Source: Phoronis australis (taxonomy: Eukaryota > Animalia > Phoronida). Taken from it: 64,000 bases of DNA. The translations under genes were made by a program, and so were the position numbers. Position 1 is the stretch's first letter. Each line of letters opens with the position of its first letter. The notes under the pieces are model-generated. The model did no database searches, had not been told where the DNA came from, and saw only the letters and a program-made list of their open reading frames with translations. Location of the stretch: positions 1,087,755 to 1,151,754 of the forward strand of contig NMRA01000001.1 in the NCBI GenBank assembly GCA_002633005.1, given 5' to 3'. Of this stretch, positions 24,501 through 36,500 are shown one piece after another.

Positions 24501-27500
24501 GCACATGCCAAATGAAAGAGTGGCAGGAAAGCCATCGATCACGCTTATCGTTAATGCAAGTCTGAGCACATCACATAGATAATGTTAATGATTATTATGG
24601 TTTCACCCTTCAGATCATCACTGATGTCATTTGATAGCACTGTTATTGGTATCGCCCTTGATGACATCACTGTTGAAAATATCACGAACAACATGACTGA
24701 ATATATCAGTTTTGCTATCTTTCTGTGTTTGTATAGATTGATGAAGTTAGCCAATTGCGGCTGCAACTCTCTGAATCCATGAAGGCCTCGGACAAGGCCC
24801 AAATTGACCGGGCGGACACGGTTAACCGTTTGACACGGAGCCTAGAGGAGAGTCAACGTCAGTGTAGAGAACTGCTGGAGTCTGGTGCCAGCAGTGAGTT
24901 GGGTAACCTCAAGGTTCAACTGAATCAGGCCATTGCTTCCAAGTGTATCAGTGAAGACCTATGTGGTACACTACAGGTGAGGTGACCACCATTGTCTCTT
25001 GCTAAGACAAGCTCTCTGTATTAGCTTCAGTAGGTGCATAATTCAGCTTTTTAACTTTTTCACTGCCAATTTTGCCTTGCGGTGTGATTACAACCAGCTT
25101 AAATACTGAGTTCTATGTTTTGGCACTGGGATGTTGGTTATACATTTGGCATTGAGTGGTAAAATGGTTAAACAACAGATTGTCGGAGTTGAATTATAGT
25201 TTCACTTTGTCATTTTGTCGGTGCTTACCAATTTAATCCTTTCTCATTCATAGTCCATCTTGACCGAGTTACTGATTTGTGGTAACATTATTTTGGCATT
25301 ATATATGTCACCTGTACCTTACTTGTCATGTTACCTGTACCTTACTTGTCATTTCTTTTATCTTTCTTTCATTTGAATCTTGCAGGTTGAACTCAGTGAA
25401 CTTAAGGAGCAGTTGTCATATTTTGAGGCTGCCTCCCAGCTGGGGGTCTTGTCCAGCGGAAGTCCTGGTACTGACCGGTCAGATGTATCCCCCTCCGAGT
25501 CATTTGCTCAACTTAACATTAACAAGTCCTCAAGTATTCCGTTGTCATGGAAAACACCAAAAACACACAAGTAAGGTCTAAAAACAGATAACGTTTGATT
25601 AGAAGTGAAATTGATAGACCTTGAATCTGGTCATTGTCCGATTTGTTTTTGAGATGCTTGTTTCATTTTTCATAGTCAGTTAATTAATAAAGATGACTTG
25701 TAATTGTCAATCTATTTTGCCGCTCTCTTTCTGTAATTTGAATCCTTGTTTGTTGAAGAGGTGAGACCACAAAATCTTTTGAAGCAATGTCGGTTTTTAC
25801 ATTGTGAAAATTGTTTGCAAACATGTCAAACCTCCTTAAAACATAGTTTACCAACGAATCAGTTTCTTTTTCTTTATACAATGCAGCTAAAAACTTGCAT
25901 TACCCGTTATCATAATGTGGACACGGTATTATTCACCAGGATCGAAATTGAAGGGTCTATGCTGGCAGGGGAAATAGTGCCAAAACTGAAGAGCGAAATG
26001 CAGCGCATCCTGTTGAACAATAAGGCCAAGCGAGAGCAGGTGACACGACTACAGGGGGAGCTGAAGGCTGCTAGAAACGAGGTAGCCGTATACAGGCAGC
26101 AGAAGGAAGAGATAGAGAAGAGATGTAGTGGGCTAGAGGTAGGCAGGCCCCAATTCATCTGTCATGGCTTTTAATCAGGGCTTGGAATTTGTCGCGGAAA
26201 CGCGGATTTCCGCTTTTTTCAAATGTTCTGTCCGCGCATTTTATTATATTTCCGCGTAAAAAAATCGGATTTGATATAAAATTTCCGCGGCAAATTCCTT
26301 TCTTACCGCGGCGTTGTCGACGACGTTCACCTCAAAAAGCGGAAGTTGCTCTTTATGTTTCGGAGGAACGTAAATTGTCAACATTGCCGGGGCATCTGGG
26401 ATAGCGTGGTGGGATTTTCAATGGAGTCTCGTGTGATTGTAAACTGTGGTGACAAATACTACGGCTCTGCAGCCAAAAAGTGTGTGGGGGTGGGAGTGGA
26501 GGAGTGGATGGATGAGATAAAAAGACGCAGACGCATGCTACTGATGGTGGTAAGGTTTTTTTTATAGTCCTACCGATTTTTGTTGGCGAAAGGTTCACAT
26601 CGACTATTTCAAGGCTGGGTTGCGCAGCTGGGTAGCGCGCATGTTTTGGGCCATAAAAGTTTCCGCGTTTTTTGTCACTGGTCATTCCAAGCCCTGTTTA
26701 ATGCATGAAATTATTTTTTTCTTTACTGGATTTTTGCTTGTTTCATCACTGCCTTACGTGTTTACATTGGTATAGTGATCCTACGTGAAAGACTTAGGTA
26801 GACCTTTCCATTTCTGACTTGTCAGATCTCAATCATTTTGACTTAGTTTACCACACAGTGCAATGAATGACTTGTAAATGAACCATCGGTATTCCCCAAC
26901 GCCACACTGTACATTTGAATAAACCAAACACTGGGCAGTGATTGGTGCCTTGTTTCATTTTCATGATAACTCTGGTTTATGAAAATGTTTTGCTGTTATT
27001 ATGTCATGTAAATATTCCTAGTATCGTAGCCATAATTAAGAGGTATTTTAATTTTCATGACCATTCGCCATTACTGTGTAAAGATGCCCCTCTGCAAGCA
27101 AATGGCTTGTCTTATATTTCCAGACGACTTCATCTGTTGTAAATTTATGATATCAGTCAACTGAGACCCTAGTAAATAAAACTGTGGTTTGAAACTACGA
27201 TCATAAAGATTCATAGTTAAACCAGTCTAGATCGAAACAAAACTGAAATTTATGTGGTTCCAGGAAACAATACAACGACTTGAGGCTGATCTTGACGCCA
27301 TCACACCAGATTCAATGGGAGTGAATGGTCGAGAGAAAGCACTCAAGAGGCAATTGGAGGTCCTAAGGAGTGAGAGGGAGTCTCTCTGTCTGGAGTTAGA
27401 GGTTAGCAGTTGTTAATTAAAGACTCTTATTTGTTTGAAACCATCCACTTACTGGCTGCACCAGGTTGTCTTTTGATATCATTTGAGTGATGTAATTGAG

Positions 27501-30500
27501 AGGCCAGCCTGTTTCTTCAAGATGTAACTAAAGTCAGAAACCCTCCTTGGTCTAGACAGCATTGACTTTTGAAGTATTGATAGTTTTTCAGGTGTTAGTA
27601 GTTACTTTTTTCTATGATTAATGTAATGATAACCTATTACTGTCTTATGACAATTTGGAAACTGATTCTTGATTTTCGTGAAACTTGCTTTGACTGTCAA
27701 AAACGAAATGTCAGACTGCTCAACACCATAAGCCAAGTAAGGGCTTGCAAGGTTGAGCAGTCAAAGAAAGCACCATTGTGAGTGAGCAACATACCTATGT
27801 TGGTGTTTTCAATGGTTAACTTTGTGATTTGAAGTACTATCTAATGAGTGTACGTTTTGCTTAGATGCCATATATTTTTATTGTTTTTTTGGCCTAGTAA
27901 ATCCAGTGTCCCACCTATCTATTCTTTAGGAACTCAAAAACACACTGGCTGAGGTTGGTTCAAGTGAAGAACATGTGACGGAAATAAATGCAGAGCTTCG
28001 TCAACAGATGGCGCAGATGGTCTCAGATTGTGATGAAGATAAACGAGTAGCATTGGAGAAGTAGGTCTTTGCGGATATTAATATTCATGAATGTAGGAAG
28101 ACGTGTTCCATTAATTCATTGGTCTAACATAAACGTATGATTTTTAGGAGCACGTGAATGTTCACATTCTTTTTTGTTTATGAGGCTGATTTGGTTTCAT
28201 GGCTTCTAGAAGGCACCAGGTAGCAATCAGTCAGAGTCATGATGTATGACTGGAAATTGAGTACACAATGGAGAATTTTGGCTGTGCGCTTATTCCCAAA
28301 GGCTCACATTATGTTCTGTTTTTTAACATTAAAGTTTTCTCTGAGTTATAAAAGGCTCTCTTCTTTGCGTTACAATTGTCAACATTAAGTAACAGTCTTC
28401 TTGCATTGCAGCTGTGAGAAATAAATCAAATTCTGCCCAGCACATTAACCTTACAAATGAAAGGACGGACCGTACAACTTTGATTTCTAATTTCAAATTT
28501 GACTTTCATCTCTTAGATGTCAAGAGGCTTGTCTTCAGCACCATGAGAACACAAAGGAACATCTACGTCAAGATCTGGAAGAGCAGCATGCCAAGATATG
28601 TGCGGAGTTGACTCATGACTTTGAAATGCGCTTGAAGAAACTGCGTGAAGAGTGCGATGAAACATTACGTGAGCTCGATGGCGTTAAGGAGATGTACGTG
28701 GTCACGTGTCGGGAGAAGGACGAACTGGAAGATGTTTGCAAAAGGAAGTTTGAGAAGGAGTTGGAAAATAAGTTGACTGAGGTGAGGCGTGGTCTAAAGT
28801 TGATTGGCAGGCAAAACTCCACTCTGTGTCATACAGTAGTTTTAGTAGTAGATTTAAACATAGGGATTTTGCATAAATTAATGAATATGTTTGCAGAGAT
28901 TGGTATTGTCCTTTTTGCAAATATGTTGAAATTAAGAGTAGAAATTTGGGGGATATTCTCTCTTCTTTCTGCCTGCCAACCAGAAATGTAGGTGTTTTAT
29001 GTAAGCAAATGATTTTCTATCATCCCTTGCACATGTGATGTCTCCTCTATCCCTTTTAGATCATTTGCTGTTGATTTGTGAAATGTAGCTTGTTATTGTG
29101 TATGGGTTCTAGAGTGTCAGAGTGCTGCCCATGTGGTTTGATCATGAGCTGTAGTGATGCAATGTCTGTTGTTTTTTCATTTTTTCTGAACATACTTTTC
29201 CAATCACCTCTTCTGTGACATTAAATGATTATTACTTTTAATATTTTTTTGTAAAATGAACTCCTGTTTTCATTGTGTTAAATATAGAACGGGTATAACA
29301 TTCTTTATGCCCATAATCTTAGTAACAGTGGGGGTGCCCCCTTTCTTGTAGATGAAAGCACAGCTGGAAAAGGAGAAAGAAGAAGATCTTACACACCTCA
29401 GGGAAATGGAGACTCACAATCTGACAGAAATCAAAGAGAATTGGTCAAAGACACAGGAGTCACAGTTACAACGCCTTGTGGAGACCAAAGTGAGTTTTAA
29501 CAGACTTATTTCACCTGTCACCTAGTTTGTTCTGAGGCCAAAAGAGAGAGCCACTTTGAGTTAGATAACCTCTGTCTGAGTCATGGTATTGTGCCTCATC
29601 CTGTTAGACTCAGTAGAACATCTGGGGTGTCAAGTTTTCCCAGGAAAATGATAGCCAAGGCAGACACCTGAGGTGCAACAACTGCCATCCTGCAGAGGTC
29701 TGTATAACTCAAGTGCTGAAGCCAGATGAGGCTGAAATCACCCGTGTTGTTTCGCAAAATTCGGGCTGCTCGCCTTGGGAAGAAATTGCCACTGATACTT
29801 AGAAATTGATTCTGGGCAATGGATTCGGAGTAAATCTTAGCTCCATGTTTGTTTTGAGACTGGTAAAGCTATATTAGGGCTAAATGTTACTTCCAAATCG
29901 CATTCTAGATTTAACATTTGCTCCTTTCTTAAAAGAACATTATTGGACTAGGATTGTTATAATTGTGTTTTGTAAGTTATATCAGTGTCATTTAACTTAA
30001 AAACTTTAATACACGTTGCACTCATTTGTGTCCTGGATTGTCTCATTTTTTACTTGCTTTGTCATGGTTGTTAAACTATATCACTTCGATTGTACTTGCA
30101 GGTAACTGCAGCCAAAACTCAATGGTTCCAAGAGCAGAAGATGGCGAGAGAAAAAGCCATACGGAATGCTGTTGATCTAGCTGAGCAGAAACTGAAATTA
30201 GATTACGAGTCTAGGAGAGATGGAGAAATTCAACAACAGATTGCTGAAGGTTATTAATGAATTATTTTACTTTTAATTAGTTGTTGAGTGTGCAATTCAG
30301 GGTCAGAATTTCTGATACCAAATTGGTCATGCTGTCTAAAAACAAAAGAAAAATCCGTGTTCTTAATGTCACTAAAACTGCATATTATGTTATGCTCATG
30401 AGATAACATCTTGTGTGTTCTCCTCTGCATATGGTGAATCGCATTTAATCAAAAGAAGAAAAAGAAGAAACTGGGTGATTAGGCAAGATGTGAGGAAACT

Positions 30501-33500
30501 TCAGTCTTAAGAGCATGAGGTTCCTCTTTCTCTAGAAAAGAAAATCTCATCAACCCACGTGTACAAGCTAATGAGACCGGTCATTGGTTGCAGACTCTAG
30601 TGTCCATCAATTGTGTGAAGGGAACTACTTTAAAGGCAGGTCTCGCTGCTCCAATATGAGGAAGTGTTGATTTAATAGTAAATAGTAAATAACAAAACTG
30701 GTCTTTGGTAAAAATTGCAGCTTGCATCTAAGAATTTTGCACTTGTTTTATTGGATGGTGTTGGTATGTAGTGTCTGTTTGTGGTCACAGAGGGGTGCGT
30801 ATTAAAGAAACCCCTAATGCAGAACTCAAGTGTTGTTTCTTAATTGGCAGTTATGGCTCTGAAGAGAAGCGTTTTTTTGTGAAATGTCAACATTTTACTG
30901 AATGTGATGCATGCTTTCACTTCATCGATGGCTTCTTGTTTCAGCCAAACCTAAATGGGAAGCAGAGAAGCGGTTAAGCTTTGAAAACGAGCTCCGTGAA
31001 CGAATAACGTGCGAGAAGGAAAAGTGGCAAGGCTTGGCTGACCAATTAATGGAAACTTCAATCAAGGAAGCTGTGTCGAAGGCAAGAACAGAATGGATGG
31101 GCAATGTAGAGAAAGGTCAACAGAGGGCATCGCTAGAAGCCGTGGCAGAACTAGAGAAAAAACATAAAGCTGAACTCGAGAACAAGGTAACGTGTCAAGT
31201 TATGGGATTGGTTTGTGTTAATCTTATTTACCATGACTGTGGAAGTGTCATCTCTCTCAGTGTTACAAATTTTAAAATAGCTTGATTACGGTAATGTCTC
31301 ACCAATTTAGGACCCTACATGGCAGACAGATGAAATGCTGTTTCTTTTATTTTTTTCATAAATGATACTTGGCACCATAATAACAATGCCATGTCCAAGA
31401 TCTGTATGACAGTTCATTTTGTCTAAAATTTTTGAGATTTTACTGTATGCCTGTTCTTATCGAGATATTACTTAGCTTGTCTTCTGGCAGCCAGTGTAGT
31501 TGAACTGCTTAATGGGTTATTAAAAACAAGCCATGTTGCTGGCTCTAACATCCTCCGTCTTGTGGCAATACATTTGCCGTATTCCTCATTTTATACCATC
31601 CTTAATTCATGTTCTTACAAGCTGTTGAGAAATGCTAATGATCTGTTTATTTGTAATCAGGTGACGTTAATGAGCTCTGTATACTTGAATACACAAGCAC
31701 CTGTGAAAACCTGTATGACCTTCTTTCAGGTAAGGCAAGCAGTAGATGAGGCCAAGGAAGCTTGGAATCACGAGAAGGAAAAATTGATCAAAGAGGCAAT
31801 AGAGAGCACTAGTCTAAACTTACAGAAAAGTATTGCAAAATTAACAGAGGTAAGTCCGATTTTCTATTTCTGAAATTCTCTTCACACCTGGGGAATGTTT
31901 TCTTTGAAGTGTGCGGAAAAATATTTTTTGTCTTTTCTCACTATCGCTGCAGACCCTCAATTCCATGGTTTTCTACTAGAAATAGCTTTGACAAAACTGC
32001 TTGACATTTGGATTTTTTAACACTGCTGTAGTGCTGATTATTTACAGTGATGACTTTACGTATGTTTTCTTGCTGATAATTCATTAGGCTGATGAATTGG
32101 AATTTTCTGTCTTTGAAGGATTTGGACTTCATGGGGAAGAGTAAAGAGTTGATCAGCCAAGAGCTGGAAACTGAGAGGCGCACTTGGCAGAGCGAGAGGG
32201 GCGTGATAAGTAGAGAGTTGGAGGACGTGCAGGAGAAGCTGTCTGAGACAGTAAGGTCAATGGAGAGGGTGCGAGAGAGAGGTCAGGAGGCTCAGCAAGA
32301 GGTGGAGTCACTCAAGGCGAAACTCTGGGTAAGGAGTAGATTATTCACGCGTCTGTAATGTCCTCATACTTTTCATTCCTAGTCTGCCCACTCTGACTCA
32401 TACATGTAATCGAGTTCAAGACTTTTCTATCTGAAGTTTTTTCACTGGAGTCAATGAATTTGTTCTTTGTGTAAATTAGAATGTGATGACAATTGTAACC
32501 ATCGTGAATTTGAAATCAAATCAAATCAAGGAGAAAATGAGTTCGAGTGTCAGTTTTGTCAGACATGATTGGTGACGGCTGCTTTTAAAACTGAATTTCT
32601 GTCTTGAAGGTTTTTCGCTTAAAGTGAGAAGATTCCAACATAACAACAAACTTGTATAATAAAGGTCATGCAAATGTAATTTTTATTTGAAAAGTTTTGT
32701 TTTTTACCCTGATATTGATTTACAAAATTTGCATGCTTTTTTAGAAAAGTCAGCAGGCACTAAGTGAGAAAGAGATTGAATGGCGAAACAAGATGGATTC
32801 TCAACAAGAAAGTCATGAACAGGAATACAAACAGTTCCTGACAGAACAGCGCAATGATCTCAACGTTGCTCTCAAACGATCAAGGGACGAGTTTGAAAAT
32901 GAGAAGGTATGGCACATGGATTTGAAATACATGCACAAGGAAACACAAAGTTTAACATTGTAAACAATATTTTGCTATTGCGTCCTATTGTCAGGTTGCG
33001 TTACAATTCACATAAATGGGAAACTTCAGTGTTCAAAAGAAAAGGCATAGAAATTACCTTTTAAGGTTTTGTTTTCAAGCAAACTGAACGTGTCAGTACG
33101 CATTTTTGAAAATCCAGTTATTGAGGTAATGAGATGTCATCCTAGTATCAAATTTATTTGATTGTTCATGTAAAAAACTTGTTTTGTCCAGGACCAGATT
33201 GTGACGTTACATACTGAGGCATTGAAGTCATTAACCACAAAACATGAGCAGAAACTTAGCCAGGAGATAGAGAGGGTGACACGAGAATGGGCCGCGAAGA
33301 CGGAACGTCTTCAGACATTACTGGATCAGGTACTTAGCAATAAGACATCTGGCTTCAGCAGGCTTTGAGTAATCATGAGCATTTCTAGACGTAACTGTTA
33401 TTTTTAGGATTTTTAACTGTCAAAATCATCAACAGTGAACGGAAAATCAGTTTTTTTCGGAACTTACTGCGTAACAGGATTTTCTACAGTTTTGGTGTAA

Positions 33501-36500
33501 CATGAAAAGGATATTTTGTCACTAACACAATGAAATCTTTGGAGATGGTTTTAGAGACTTTTTGTTATTGTTTGTACTAGATTCACGTTACAGTTAGTTT
33601 ACTCTGCATGTGTCCCTCAGATTCGCAAAAGAAATCTCTATGTGCCTGATTTTGGACTGTTTGTACGTCTCACTGTGCTTTCTCAACGTCTGCCTCAAGT
33701 TTTGATTAGCAGAAACCTAATATATCAGTAATGAGATTTGGAAGTTTTTGCATTGTTGTGACTTTGTGCTTGATCTTGTAGGAGCTCCTCTTGAATGGCC
33801 TCTTGAATCAGTTACTGTGCTTGACTGTGGATTAGAAATGGCATGGTTTAATGAATGTTTTCATGAACTTCTGTTTTCAGCAGTCAGTTGATGGTTCAGA
33901 GCATGAGAAGTGGCAGGCAGAGAGAGGTCAGTTGTTGGGTGAACTAGAACAAAAGGAGGCGCTGCTGTCCACTGCAGACCGTCACCTGGAACAGGAGGTC
34001 AACAGGCTGAGACAGGAAATGGAGTCTGCTCACCAGCGACATCTACAGGTGAGTCATAGAATGGGTTAGAGTTCATCTCAAGCATTTAAATTCACAAATA
34101 CCTCTGTTAGTGAAGCTCCAAAGGAGTTAGCCTCCTGTGTTGATCACACTGTGCCACTAAGCTAGGCTCTTATTGCTTTTCTATTTTATAACATCAAATT
34201 TTATGATTAAATGATCATGAAATGATGTATTCTGTTTCATCATCACTTTTGTACAAAACAAACTCTGGACATCATAAAATTTTCATTTGCAACGAGCTGC
34301 TCCAGTTAGCTGAACTTAGATAATTCACATTTCAGGAAGAAATGTCCAAGCTGCGTAGGGAGAGCCTTTCTCCTGAGGAGAAGCAAAAATATCTTGACGA
34401 GCTCAGTAATGCGCAGAAGCAGCTAAAACAGTTGGAGAACACGTACGAACACCAGATTGAGGCTCTGCAGGAAAAACTCCGTCAGAAAGATGTCATGATC
34501 TCTGAGCAGCAGGCACGTTTCGAGGAGCGTCTGCGAGGCGCTAACAAGGACTCGGCGGTAAAGAGCCGTGACTTTGAGCAGGAGATTGAGCAGCTTACAT
34601 TGCAACTGGAGAAGTCGGAGTCTCGACGGTCTGAACTGAAAGATCTGTTGGCCAGAACAGAACGGGACCAGGAGGAGGTCGTGGGTCGCTATAGACAGAG
34701 GAATGAGGAGCTGAGTGCACGCATCAACCAACTGGAAGTTGAAGATGATAGGTTGCAGGCAGAGCATGTGGTTGCCATGGAGACAATGAAAGAGAAGATG
34801 ATGCGACTGAGGACAGAGCACGACACCCTGCTTGAAGGTAAGTAACATGTTAGTCCAGACTAATGCCTAGTGTGTTTAAAAAGACTGGTAAATTAAAATT
34901 AAAAAAAATTTTGGTTGGGCATTAAGTCAAACATGGCAAATTAAAATGAGTTTTTTGAAATCTCTGATTTGGACATTTCGTCAATTCACCTAGTATATGG
35001 GTAAACACCCAGGAATCGTTATTTAGGATAGCTACTTCACTCACAAAGTTTGAGTCAAACTTAGATTTGCCGATAAAGAGGAATGTGCTATTAGAAAATT
35101 GCATGCATTTTGGGAGTTGAATTCTCAATAGATGTGTTTTCACAAAGACATGTGCTTTTTGAAAGTCCATATGCCTGTTTAAATTGGTCGTAGAAAAGTG
35201 AGTTTTCAATAGTGAAAAATTGGAAAATTTAACAGAAGCCATTTAGCTAAACATGGGCATTAACTTTAACCAAAATATTATTTTGAGCTTGATGAATTTT
35301 CTGTTGTGTTATCTGAAGAATTAATTGGATCTCCAATGTTTTAATTCCGAGTATAACATTGTTGATACACGTACTTGGGATCAGAACAATGATATGATTG
35401 TTCTCGGTCATATGGCAACCTTAAGTCATGCACTGTTCCACAGTACAGCTCTCGTTTGTCATAAAAACTTGAAATATCTTATTCTATTACCTATGCAGAC
35501 AGGGTTTACCTATAGGACAGAACTTGTTTAAGCTGTACTAAACAGTGTTGTTTGTACGTGTATCTGGTTTCATGCAGGTCTGAAACGTGAGCATGCGAAA
35601 GAAAAGCTCACATTGGAGAAGATAGCCATGTCAAATGATGACAAAGACGTGAGGGAAAAAGAGGCACAGACAGACAGGAGCGAGGTGCAGATGTCAGTCA
35701 CGGAAAAGGTCAAAGGTCAATACATGCAGACTATAAAGAAAATAAAAAGTAAGTGTTAGAATGTTTCCTATCTGTAGCTTTTGGTACACTTTCCTGAACA
35801 CGATGAAATTGATCTTCAAAAGAAATGTCCGTCAATCAATCACATTTCTTCAGACCAAGCTCCTGAAGTTTCAGGTCACATGACCTGAAATTGTGTGTCA
35901 TCGAAATTACTTGAAATGAAATGTCATGCACTCCGTTAATGTCATATTTTACATATATAAATCTAAACTGCACATTACACATCTTTCTGTTTAGAAAGTT
36001 AATTTTTTGCACTTGGTGGAAACTTTGTGGCTCTCAGCAAGCTGACATCTTTGTCGGGGAAATCTATAGTCGGCCTGTTGCAGCCCAAGTAGACCTACAG
36101 CTCAGCCAAAGTCGGACTGACTGCTGCTCAACTTTGTAGCCCAGGTGAAACTTATGCGCTGAATAGCAACCTGTCAACATTAAAATCGAAATTTGCACTC
36201 TGGAGTTATGTTGTCAACATGTCTTCGGTGTACGGTTTACATGCGAAGTATTGCCTGTGGCCATAAATGCAAAAAGTAGACAGTCAGCTTGAACCATGTA
36301 GTCCGCCTGAACCAGGGTTACAGTTCTTCACCGCAGAGAGTAATATTTTTACATTCCTTTTGTCATGATGTCAATCATTTCAAACAAATTTTTTTTTTCT
36401 AATTTAAGGTGAGGTCATGAAGCACGTGAATGAGACCAACACTCGAGCTGCCCAGACGGTGAAATCGCAAGTTGCCAAAGCCCAACACGAGACAGGAAAA

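Noticed and set aside
26189-26685. Near-identical short ORFs (RKRGFPLFSNVLSAHF...) here and at 63121-63640
   Set aside because: Chance translations of the two MITE copies; no transposase motifs or splice support.
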